Assembly (NCBI GenBank): GCA_030704615.1
Contig: CM060734.1
Span: 33,790,001-33,854,000, forward strand
Origin: Takakia lepidozioides
Lineage: Eukaryota > Plantae > Bryophyta
Reading direction: 5' to 3'
Length of the DNA: 64,000 nt
Position numbers and translations under genes: made by a program. Under the pieces are notes generated by a model. That model saw only the letters and a program-made list of their open reading frames with translations, was not told the origin of the DNA and made no database searches. Shown here one piece after another: positions 12,641-24,157 of this stretch (position 1 is the first letter of the stretch; every line of letters starts with the position of its first letter).

Positions 12641-13485
12641 ACAATGGTGGTGCTCCCAACTTTGGGGCAATGTTCCCAGGCGTTCCTATGCGTTCCCAAG
12701 CGTTCTCACGCGTTCCCTCGAGTTCCCAAGGAGTTTACACGCGTTCCCAAGCTAGGATTTGCGTCGCTTTGCCTCTGCGATTGCTGCAACGAGCTATGGC
12801 TTCTATGGAGCAACCAGAGGTGCTGTTCTTGGTTTCTTGAGCCTCAATAGACCACCAAAAGTGCCTCTAACTCCCTGAGCAGGCTATTTGCCACACAACA
12901 AGCTCTCTTTCTCTATAGAACTTATTGAAACAAGCATAAAACAAGCTATTGAGCTTTCTATGGCATACCCTCTTCTAGCCATCGCATGCACTCATAGTGC
13001 TTCCTTCCATGGCCATAGTGCACCTCTTAGAGCTCCTAATCCAGCCCTGCACTTGCCACTTCCATATACATGCTCTTCCTAAGCTTGAGATTGTCAAAGC
13101 ATGCTCTACAAATACACTATTCTGCCCCAAAGAGAAATCAGATGTTTACCTCCACTCATAGCTCTCCTAAGCTTGAAGTTGAAGACTCCCACAAGCTGAA
13201 ACCATGCTCCACACATGCACCGTTTGCTTCCTTAACACCGAACTCTTCTTGAACTCCTCAAACCCTACAACACTTGCAGAACAAAAGCTTATTCACAAGC
13301 TCTCAAACTTTCCAATGGGGCTCTCCTTGAAGACCTCCTCTTGTACATAAACATCACAAGGCTTTCTTCTTGCAAACCCTGCAACACCTTGTATCTTAAG
13401 AGCTATCTATCAAGCTCTCTTCCACACACAAGTGCTAACTATGCTAACATCTTGCACTCATAGATGTAAGTAGGTCTTCTTCTAG

Positions 13486-13818
13486 TGATATGGAAATGGT
13501 GAAAAGAGGAGAAACCACTCTATCACGTTATATAAGTCAAGCCAATGACACCTTTGCTAAAGGACTCCACCATATAGACCTCACCCACTCTCCATCTCAA
13601 GTACCAGAGCTATGGCGGCGAGAGAGGCCTCGGGAGGCTCGACTAGAAGAAGACGAGCCTGCCTACGTCTCACGTGGAGATAACCTCCCCACGTCCCAAG
13701 TGAGGTTTGCCACCTCACTTGGCACATGGAACCAAATGAAGTTCCAATGCCAACAAAATACAAATATAAATGTATAATGTCCTAATTAGCTAGAAATAAC
13801 TATTTCTAACTAATCACA
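13486..13818 (-). mobile_element. 333-bp 5' LTR of the DNMT-bearing element (family B)
   Basis: TG...CA termini; homologous to solo LTR 44833-45162; upstream of gag on the minus strand. Confidence 0.8.
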
Positions 13819-13869
13819 AACAAAACCATGACAAACACGTTATTTTGTAGATAAAAATTTGAGGTTCGG

Positions 13870-14590
13870 TCATTTTTTATTTTTTTTTGCAGGAGAACCT
13901 TTTGAGGCAGTCACTGAACTTGGATTTAGAGTTGATGTCTCTGGGTAGACCCGTGATTCTGTAACATGCATCTGAGAAATTTCAGATGTGCAGGTGTAGT
14001 CATCTTGAACTTCAGAACCATCTTGTATGGATCGAGCTTTCTTCAATACTTTATCAGCATCGTTGTATGTCAGATTTTTCATGTGAAAAATGTCGATGCC
14101 AAAATCAAAGTGAAGCTCCCTCATTTGGTGTGACTATTCAATAAATTCATGTCGTCTTTTTTTGTGAGTGTTTTTTCGTCGAAAGTCTCTCGAAAAGTGT
14201 GAAGAAAGTACTTTGTTGCACCTACAAAATAAAACAGTCACATGTTTTCAGTTCAAGATCACGTATTTAATAAATAAATGAATCAACAAATTTATACATA
14301 AACAAGTTTTATGAATATGTTATACCTGTAGCAGGTTCATCTCCAAACTTCTTTCGGAATTCTTCTCGAAAGATAAATCCACCATCGACAAACTCCTTAA
14401 TAGCGCAGCCAGATTCAAATCCTGCAAAAAAAATCCAGAGGATGCAAGCCACAATTATCTGCAAGCCATGTCTGAGACTGTGACAAACAATGATATATTT
14501 TTCCAGGTACAGAATTTCGGACAGATCTTTCAACAACTCCGTTGGCTTTTGCTTTTGCTTCTTCCAACAAATCCTCAAAGATGTCGGAAT
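13870..14590 (-). pseudogene. Two exon-like remnants of an unknown gene
   Basis: Protein-like reading (DIFEDLLEEAKAK...GLHPLDFF; ELHFDFGIDIF) with a GT-AG intron ~14222-14325; frameshifted; no family recognised. Confidence 0.3.
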
Positions 14591-15479
14591 AGTTTACAAC
14601 GTTGGTATGCGAAAAACACAGAAAGAAAGATGTGTGAATAAATATATAGTGGATTAAATTTATTAAAAAAACATATAAATACTTACAAAATATACAACCA
14701 CTGAATACAAAACAAACAACAATATTCATACCCGTTTTGAAGAACTGGCCATATCTGTGTCGTAGAGAAAAGAACAAAGAAAGAAATTGAAATGAAAAAG
14801 AACGAAAAAAACGATAGACAGAGATTGAAGAAGAACGAACAACAGAACGAAAGAAAAAAAAATGAGGAACAAATTCTATTCTACTGAAAAACTCACACAG
14901 AAGAATCAAGATCAGAAAGAAACATAAATAGAGAACCAAAGTGAAGAACAAAAACAAAAGAAAGCAACTGAGAAGAACTAAGCAACAACTCTATTTTGCC
15001 AAAGAACCGAAAGAACAAGGAAACATAAAATACAACAGAAACAAAGAAGAAACACAAACGAAGGTAAAAGAGCATGATTGAGAGACGGTTCTATTGTATG
15101 TAAAGAACTTGCGAAAGAAAGAGAAGAAAATGATCTTCCTTCTCCATACTTATAGGGGGAAAGAAGGTATAGTAAGGAAATAATGAATGAAAAATTCCCT
15201 AATTGGATGAAAATAGTATGAAAAGTTGCTATTTATTAACTTTATCCCACAAACTTTTTACATAGGTACTAATTCATGAAGGTTTATTCAAAAATAGATG
15301 ACGGTGCATTGCAAATAGCTGTATGAACGTTTATCGAGAACAATTTTTTTTGTTTTAATTGTAATAAATAGTAACAACCTACAAATTTTGTTGGTACATA
15401 ACAATAAATAGTGCATCTGATTCATAAATGTAATGACCAAAGTTGATACATTTATTGTGGTAGTTGATTTTTTTTATAT

Positions 15480-15730
15480 CCCTTAGGACTCCTTAGTGCC
15501 GTCCTATGGGCAATTATAAATAATAATCTACATATTTTTATTTTCCCCCTCTTATGACTCCTTAGGTGTTGTCCTAAGGAGTTGTAAGGGTAATTATAAA
15601 TAATAATTTATATCTTTTCATTTTCCCACTCTTAGGACTTCTTAGGGGTGCCCTAAAGAGTTCTAAGGGCGATTATTTATAGTAATTTACATATTTATAT
15701 TTCCCCTCTCTTACATTTACTTAGGCCTCT
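15480..15730. repeat. About 3 degenerate ~70-80-bp tandem units
   Basis: Repeated GACTCCTTAG...AATTATAAATAATAAT...TTTTCCC. Confidence 0.65.
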
Positions 15731-16181
15731 CATTTTACAATAATAGGGTCATGAACGCAAGCGTGCGAGAAGGACGGTGGGCCCGTCGTTCGGACGAGGG
15801 GCGCGCGCCCACCCGCGCCCACCCGCCCGCCGTTGCCCGCGGTCGCCCACACCCGTCGCTAATGCCGCGGCTGCCCCTCCCGGGGTCCGTCCACTGGCCG
15901 CTCCGCTGCAGCCAATCCGCTCCCGCTAGTCCGCGTGTCCGCGTGTCCGCCCGCCCGCAAGATGTGGGCCATCCAGGACGAATCCCATCGCAGCCCTCCC
16001 TTTGCATCCTCGATGCACTCACATTTGACATACATGTCCAGCAGGGCTGTGTTCATCTCTGCCGCCTGCCATCTGCCACCAGCTGTAAACGTGGGTCCTG
16101 TTTCTCCGTGCACGTTCTCCATCGTGTCCTGCGGCGCTTTTGTTGCAGGTTTTAGAGCGTGTGTTCTGCACTGTACAGGGC

Positions 16182-19100
16182 ATGGACGTAGGAGCAGAAG
16201 TCGACGAAACGCAATATGGGTTTAGGGGGGTGCAAGTGCGTGTTAAAAATGCCTGTATACCTTGGGATAGAGTTGCGGACTTCGTCCATGGAGAGGAGAA
16301 TGTGGAGGACTTCCCCACTCAATATTGGGTACATGTACACAGTAAAGTGGACGCCGGAGTGCGGAAAGCTCCCAAAGGGAACACCTTCTTGAGCAGTATC
16401 ATGTGTGCACTATCCTCATTGTGGTTTAGGGATGTCACTGCATTGTTGTTGTGATTTGTATTTGTCTCCGACTGTGGCTTCCATAAGTCCATAGGTTGAT
16501 ATTTTGGCTTTTGAATTCCATTTGATAGGTATCAATGCTGCTACGGACCCGACGACAAGCGCACGGTCAATGCAACTGTCAAGGATCCAAAACAAAAGCG
16601 TGGAGGTCTGGATGTGGGTAATGGCACTAAACACCCGCATAAAGGCCTACGAAGGAAGAAGTCGGACTACGGAGAGTCGTACAAGCGTGGGTGCCTTTGT
16701 TGTTTCAAAGTGCAGCAATCTTATCTTGCCTCGGACATTTTTGTCCTCACATACAACAACAACATGGAGCACGTGGATGCCCTAGGGAAACCCTCCCATG
16801 GCAAGACCGCAGAGTTCAAGAACACACGGGCAGCCTACGCACCCCGTATTAGCGAGGAATTGAAAGCCTGGGTCGTTGAGTGTTTGTGCCGAGGCTTCAC
16901 GGCCGCACAAATCATGATGGAACACAAGGAGCACATCATGAACAACACAGGTTTGGGAGATGCATGGACACGTGATGATTTCCTCCTCGAGCAAGATGTC
17001 CGCAACCTGGCTGAGAAACGGGCGTGGCAGACGTTCAATAATTATGCCAACGATGCCAACAACGTCCGCATATGGAAAGACCTGAACCCTGCATCAGTCT
17101 TCTTCTATCGAGAAGAAACATTGGCACCAACCTTCAAGCATTATGATGGAGATTTGACATTCACTATTGGCATTCAAACTGAGTGGCAGAAGCAGATAAT
17201 GCTTCAATTGGGACATGCGCGTATCGTTGCATGCGGTGCAACCTTCGGGACAAATCACCACAAGGTACGATTCATCTCTCTTACCATTTCTGCAAATCAA
17301 TTGTTCGTAGGATGTTGCACATTGGAACGAACTGACATAGTGACATAGTGCATCTGAACAGTTCCCATTGTACACGTTGATGGTTTTCGACGAGTGGCTG
17401 AACGGTATACCAGTTGCGTACATCATATCCGCCAGGAATAGGACAATAGACCTAGTGTCGTGGATGACAGCCTTGCGTGACCGACTCCACGCAGATATGC
17501 CAACCTGGCGACCCAATGCCTTCATTGTCGATGATGTGGACGCTGAAATACACGCTATAAGGTGAGTCTTCCATACTTCAACAGACACCCACTGTCGAAG
17601 TCCTCTGGCATGCAACTGTTGTCATAGTGTGCTTTGGCAGAGTCTGTGGCAAAGTCACGTGCGACAGTTCCCTGAGAGACTCGCATGCGCGAGTCTGCTG
17701 GCAGACTGGACTCGGACTAAGTCGCGTGGGCAAGCCCGACTCGCCCGACCAAGTCGCTGGCAGACTTGTCCGACCGAGTCCGCCAGAATCAGGGGCGAGT
17801 TTGCTGGCACCCTTCATGGGTCTGCTGGCAGACTTAGGAGGGGAAGTCGGCCCGCCAAACCCGTAGGCAGTGTCTTGCGACCAAGTTCATTTAGGGGTTG
17901 GTGTGGAGTCTGCTTTGGGCTACTCGGCTGGCAGACACGCCTACGCCAGTACCCTGGTAGACTCGCATGCGCGAGTCCGCTGGTAGACTCAACTCGGAGA
18001 GTCCAGTGCACACTCGTATGGGCGAGTCCGCTTGCAGTCAACGGACCAAGTCCGCTGGCAGACTTGTGTGGGCGAGTCCGTTGGTACACTAAACGGGCCG
18101 AGTCCGCTGGCAGACTTGCCAGGCGGCGTCCGCCACAAGACTCGCAGGGCCAAGTCTGCTGGCACGCTTCATGGGTCTGCTACCAGTCTTGGGATGGGAA
18201 GTCAGCCCGCCACACCCGCAGGCAGTGTCTGACCACCAAGTCCATTTGGGGGTTGGTGTGAAGTCTGTTGGAGGTCTCTAGCACTCGGTTGGTGTCCACC
18301 GACCGGGGTTCCCTCTGAAGTGCCTCATGTGGATGTGTTATGTGCAGGGTTGCTTTCAAAGGAGTCCTTATTTTCCTGTGCCTTTGGCATGTCCGCAAGG
18401 CATGGGTAAAGCAATCATGCCAGAAGACCAAAGATCCCGTCACTGCAGCAAACGTGTTGAAGGATATGGGAGACCTCATGTACTGTAGAGGTAGACCAAG
18501 CAATCCCAAAAAAACGCTTCTATGGGTTGCCAAAACAATCAGGGACATGAGAAAGAAATATCGGAATGCCCGGGAATTTTTAAAGTACATCGACAAGGAA
18601 TGGTCTCCTAAAATAGCAATGTGGTGTACTGTTGCTCGTCATGTTCCACATGCCAGTCAAGACACAAATGCTAGCATTGAGGCATACCATGGAAACTTGA
18701 AAGCTAGACTGAGGATAGGGAAAGGCAAAATGACTGGTCGAAGAGTCGATTGGCTAATATGGGAACTCACGGGCCGTGTGCTCACACAATACTGGTACGC
18801 AATTCATTTGAAGACGCATGGGTTCATACGCAATGACAAACAGGAAAAGTACATATCTAGCTCTGTGCTAGTGGCCAGGGACATTCCAACGAGCAATGTG
18901 ACTCTACCCTTGGTGGAAGGACAACCAGCGTATGTGCTAAGCAGCAATCACCCAGACACAACCTACATTGTTTACAACCTTGGATCGGATTGGGCTTCTT
19001 GCACTTGCCCAAGGGCAATGAAAGGCAATTTGTGCAAACACCAAGTGAAAGTGTTGAAGTTGCTTAATCCCGACTTGCAGGATGGACTCATAATGCGTGC

Positions 19101-19590
19101 ATGTGGCACGGCGCTCGGAACCATACATGGAGGATTGCATAATCTGATGTTGGATAAAATGACTGTCGCAGGGGAGGTTGGTGCGATGGACAGACCTGTG
19201 GAGGATTGTGACTTCGCACCCCTCGAGGATCCAGTCTACGTCCCACTGAGTATGGCCGAAGAATGGTCAGATATACTTCGTATTGTGGGTGATGACAAGT
19301 ACCTCGAGACACATGTGCTGTCGTGCCTTCGAATCTGTAGAGGGCAGCTTATTGATATCCTGGCCAAAAGTGCTGCTGGGATGCTACATCCTCGTGCAGT
19401 ATAACCTTTCCGACCTGTTGACGACAATAATAATTTGTTTCTAAAAAGAAAGAGGGATTTCGTCGAAGCATGGAAAACCCGACCCAAATTCTTGCGGAGA
19501 ATGCGCAATAGGGTGTATGCCCCAGCACCTGCAACGAAAATATACTCTAGAATTGTTAAGGTTTCAGACCGTTGGGCAGGACCCAAGTAG
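16182..19590 (+). pseudogene. Mutator-like (MULE) transposase with SWIM zinc finger, 4 exons, probably inactive
   Basis: Exons 16182-16402, 16529-17264, 17362-17561, 18348-19590 join in frame at GT-AG sites; IGIQTEWQ, first DDE Asp replaced by Gly (ACGATFGTN), FIVDD, CLWHVRKAW, TNASIEAYH, CTC..CKH; stop at 19402-19404. Confidence 0.88.
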
Positions 19591-20354
19591 ACAGCATACT
19601 CACACAGCAAAACAATGTTATGCCATCATATTCCATGCAGAGAAATAAAAGGTCCACAATCTGCTTGAGAGTGCATACATGTTTGCATCATTAATAGCCT
19701 GGAAGTGCATTCCATCATAGCTCAGAGCGCCCCACCGTCCAGTTGCGGAAGACTGGGCATTCTGCTCAACAGACCGCAGACATGGCCAAACAGACTACTA
19801 AGCAGACTGCACAAGTACAAAATAACACTACCAAGTCTGCTGATGGTTTTCGGCTAACAGACTGGGTGGTCCAGCAGACATACAGTATGGATAGACTGTG
19901 TGGTCTTATGCACTGTCCACCAAACTGCTCCCACGGAGCATACTCGCCCAGACACGGAGACCAACTGCACACATATACACTATGCATCGAAGTGCCACCC
20001 ACTCTGCCGAGCAGAGTGATGAGCGGCCAGCAGACTGCGCGACAGACTTCTCAGCATGCAACAGATTAGCCGGCAGACTGCTCAGCGGCCAGCAGACTAT
20101 GCGGCAAACTGGTCAAACAGACGGAGACTCCTGTAGTCTGCTAACAATAGTTAATAGTAGAACCAAGTAGTCTGCTCAAGCGAGGACGTGGGGTGGTTGT
20201 CTACTGGACTGTATTGTTAGGCCATTGTACGACTTCTTTTGACGAACTTGCATAGGTGGGAAGAGTATGAGTGCATGTAGGCCTTCATCTCAGAAAATAT
20301 TACATACATTTATAATGTGAATTGAAACAACATTGAATGTATATATTTATTTCC

Positions 20355-21349
20355 TCAAGCGAGCAGTTTTTCTGCATCGTCCAAACCACGATGGATATAC
20401 TTTACACACTGCAATCGCTGTAGTAACGGAAACCTGAAATTAAACCACCTTGGTATGAAGGCTTGTCCTCTCTCTTTGGTTTTCTGCCTATCGCCTTTCA
20501 GCCAGTCGTAATACCCGTCAATGAAAGACATCACGTAAAACCCACACTCCCAACTGCAAGGTTGTTGGGGCACTTCGGGAGAGTTGAACTGAAATGCCAT
20601 TACTTCATCCCATTGTGGAGTCCCAATAGCATATCCAAAGCACCCTGCATGCACGTTCCGAATCCAACCAAGGAGCTGTATGCAAGTATGGAGTTCCCTC
20701 CGGAAGTTCAAGTGGGTGTAGGCACCTTTCCTTAGGTCGATGATAATGACGCTCCAGTGGCACCTTCAATGTAAAAATGAACATGCCCGACAATTTCATT
20801 AGTCCCAAACCCAACAGACTCTGCAGACCAACAGACCAACAGACTCGGCTGTCCAAATGGCCAACTGCCCAACAGACACAACACTCCAACAGATGCAACG
20901 GACTAGCAGTCCAGCAGACCAACAGTCCAAGAGTGGAGGAGTATAACAGACCATGACGTCCAATTCACACAACAGTCGAACAGACCATGACGTCGAACAC
21001 ACACAGAAAACCCAATATTCAGCAGACAGCAAAATGTGCAACAAGTCCGTCGGGTCTTACCCTTGCAAGACCAGCACCAATATATGAGTGCAGTCTTTAA
21101 TGTCTTTGCCAAGTCACGCAGGAGTCAAGGCACAATCAAGGTTTGCCACCAAAGTTTCGCGTGGGGCTGTGTCGAAAGTCTGGAAAACAGACCACGTCGA
21201 CGTTGGCAAATGAGCGACAATGCCATACGTCCTCGAGTCTAGGGTGTTCTCGAAAAAACGATACCAAACATCCAAAAGTTTGTCCGAGCACTCCGACTCA
21301 ACCACGTTCAGTGCTTTCATGTCTTCCGGCGCAATGCCACATCGGAACC
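20355..21349 (-). pseudogene. Ulp1-type (C48) cysteine protease of the MULE, convergent with the transposase
   Basis: FRCGIAPEDMKALN..., HWSVIIID, PQQPCSWECGFYVMSF; intron ~20765-21060; in-frame stop at 21114-21116. Confidence 0.8.
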
Positions 21350-21355
21350 GCGAGT

Positions 21356-21548
21356 CTCAATTGCAGGCTTGGGCCTTACAAAAGCGGATTTGGAGCCTTG
21401 CCCTTTCCAAATTCAAACATCTTTGGGCGGTTCAGAGAAGGCACGAGGGATTACACGTCATGAGCACTTCATTCGATTGCAGCCGGATCATCCTACGGAC
21501 GGCTCAGTCATGAGAGCTAAAGCCATTGTTACGGACGCGATGTCTTAT
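21356..21548 (+). pseudogene. Middle segment of the aspartic protease of the DNMT-bearing element
   Basis: IAGLGLTKADLEPCPFQIQTSLGG...AIVTDAMSY continues the N-terminus at 8742 and joins DVLVGG at 28130 once the CACTA element is removed. Confidence 0.85.
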
Positions 21549-23301
21549 CACTAGAAGAGAAACCGGCTTTTCCACGGGTATGCCATCTCACACCTGGCAC
21601 ATTCCACGGCTTTTATCACGGGTCTGTAGACTGAGCCAAGGTGTGGGTCTAAATATGCCATAACTGTGGGGTGTCTCACATGTGGTCCACACCCCAGGCA
21701 AGAATGGTGTGAAAACAGCCATGAGCGTGGCAAAGGGTTGGCTTAGTTTACATGGCATGTTACACACCTGTGTGAAATGGGACCATACAATTATTTCCAC
21801 TGATTGTGGTATATGGGTTTAGTTAGTACTCTGGTGCAAATGGAATAAATCATGAACTTCAGAAATCTGCCCTCGGAAAGACGAAGAGGTGGTCGTCGCA
21901 CTTTGCAATGTAAACCAAATGCAATGCAAGCTTAAACAGTCCTCATATTATGATTGAAGGGAGTCAAATTAAGTGTGGCCATATCAGTGCAGGGACATAA
22001 ATATGAATCATTCAACATTGTAAAATGAAAACAGGAGCTAGTACATGGTACCTTTAAAACTTGTTGCAGAGTGCAAAAGGCTTAAAGATCAAAGTGCAAA
22101 AGGTTTAATTTTTTTTGCAAAAGTTGCTTATAGGGTTTGCAAAAGGTTAATTTTTTTAAAAAGTTGCCCATCCCGGTAGCTGTGAACAGAGGGCTGGGAC
22201 TTAGAGCGAGCGAGCGGGAGGGAGGGAGAGAGAGAGAGTGTGCTGGGACTTAGAGCAGCGAGCGGGAGGGAGGGCAAACATAGGAGGCCCGCAGTTGGAG
22301 CAACCTTCGCATCTGAAAAGCAAGCAACCCGACAAACGCTAGGGTATGTGTGCGAGGACTAGGTGTCGGCTGAAAGATCGCCGTTATGGGGAGAGTCAGC
22401 TTGGTCTTAGATCGAGGACAATGTGGTGAGGGCACCTTCTTCTTCGACCTATTTCAGCCTGTTTTGCGCTCTCATCAGACTCAGCCCTGAATTTACAGCA
22501 CGGAGCAGAGCTGGCATGAGTTTTTAAAGATCCTCCACGATGGTGGGACAACCGCAATCGCAAGGTGTGGCTTTTTCTTAATGTACGATGTGAAGAAGTT
22601 TGTCCATCCTGCAAATGTGGGCTCTTGGCTCCTATTAGTACCGTGCTTTGGTATCCTTCCTAATGAACTTACAAGGTTCTTGGAAGAGTCAGCTTGGTCC
22701 TAGCAGGCCGTGCTTCAATTTCTGCCCGCTCAGCTGCACCGTGGTGGTTCTCACAGACCAATCAGACATTACCTGACTACAGACACAAGCAACACACACA
22801 AGAGGTTCTCTTAGGTTCATGGTCAGTCAAATCCTCCATGGGTCATGGCACAAGGTCAAGGACAATGTGGTGAGGGCACCTTCTTCTTTGACCTATTTCA
22901 GTCTGTTTTTCCCTCCCATCAGACTCAGTTGATAGAACCAGGCAGCAGTAACGGAGGCACCTTCTTCAATACATTTCAGCCTGTTTTCCCTGTTATTAGA
23001 GTTGTCCCTAATTTTCGTGTTGAATTCTGCAAGTTAGCTCTTGGTGGATCTATGGTACCGGGGGTTTTGAAGTGATTTTGACATGTTACTGCCTATGTGG
23101 CAACAGGAAAGTATTGAAAATAGATAACTGAAACTAGGAGAAGCTCTGGAATGAAGGAGCAAGGATAGAGTGTGGGTTGAGATTCATCAAAGCGGGCCTG
23201 ATTTCAAGCTCCAGATCACCTATGATTCCCTGTGGAAGGATAGCTACAAGAAACCTGCATGGGTAGATGGTCAATTGGAAGCCGCGGCACCAGCGGCACA
23301 A

Positions 23302-23992
23302 TGATCAAATCAAGCACCTCAACCATGACCACAGCTTCTGGAAGAGGATGAGGAGAGGGAGTCCACAATGCCTATTCCGGCACTTCTGGGCATGTCAAGA
23401 TGCTTTGTGAGGCAGGCAGACTGAATGAGGCTCTACAGACTTTAAACCAATGAGGAATTTCAGCAGATTTAGATAAGTATGTCTGTCTCTTGCTTAAGTG
23501 CATCAAGAGGAAAGGTCTGGAAGTTGGAAAGCAGGTGCACACTCACATTATGATCCAAAGTGGACTCACGCCAACTGTTTTTCTCCTCAACACCCTTGTC
23601 AACTTGTATGTTAAGTGCGGGAGCATTGCGAATGCTCACCAAGTTTTCAACAGAATGCCTCAACGATCTTTGATCTCATGGAATATAATGCTGGAAGGAT
23701 TTACCACGCGTGGGTGTTTGTGTTTGCAAAAACGTGTGCAAGCCTGACCTCTGGAAAATGGGAATGAGGTCCATGGTGACATCGTCAAAGCTGGAATTGT
23801 ACCAGATGTCATTCGGAACACTACCCTGGTGGACATGTATGCCAAATGTGGGTGCATTAAGGATGCAAAGGGAGTTTTCAACACTATGGTTGAACGAGAT
23901 GTGGTGTCATGGGATGTGATGCTTGCAGGGTATGCACAGCAGGGACATGGTATGGAGGCTTTGGAGACCTATGATCAAATGATGAGGAAAGG
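23302..23992 (+). pseudogene. PLS-class PPR fragment, copy 1 (decayed)
   Basis: GKQVHTHI...LLNTLVNLYVKCGS...DMYAKCG...DVVSWDVMLAGYAQQG; stops and deletions. Confidence 0.9.
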
Positions 23993-24157
23993 GGGCACCT
24001 TCTTCAATAGCACAGCGGCTACAAGTGGGTAGATGGTCAACTGGAAACAGCAGCGGCAACAACACATTGATAGAACAAGGCACTAGCTAGGATCAATAGC
24101 TACAAGAAACCTGCATGGGTAGATGGTCAACTAAAGGCAGCAGCTGCAACGTCACAG

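Larger units (their letters stand above)
8742..13818 (-). mobile_element. 5' part of the DNMT-bearing Ty3/Gypsy element: LTR, ~2.4-kb leader, gag, protease N-terminus
   Basis: LTR 13486-13818; gag pieces 10540-11094, 10072-10377 and 9376-10050 with two Cys/His knuckles (CWDCGGPHVKRDC, CGHCGKYRHEEAHC); aspartic protease VLLDLGAQPLMLG cut at ~8742. Confidence 0.85.

Noticed and set aside
14415-15075. Phe/Leu-rich membrane-protein-like ORFs (also 63039-63659)
   Set aside because: Translation of low-complexity T-rich sequence.
17627-18261. 210-aa ORF and overlapping ORFs
   Set aside because: Inside transposase intron 3; GC-rich repeat sequence.
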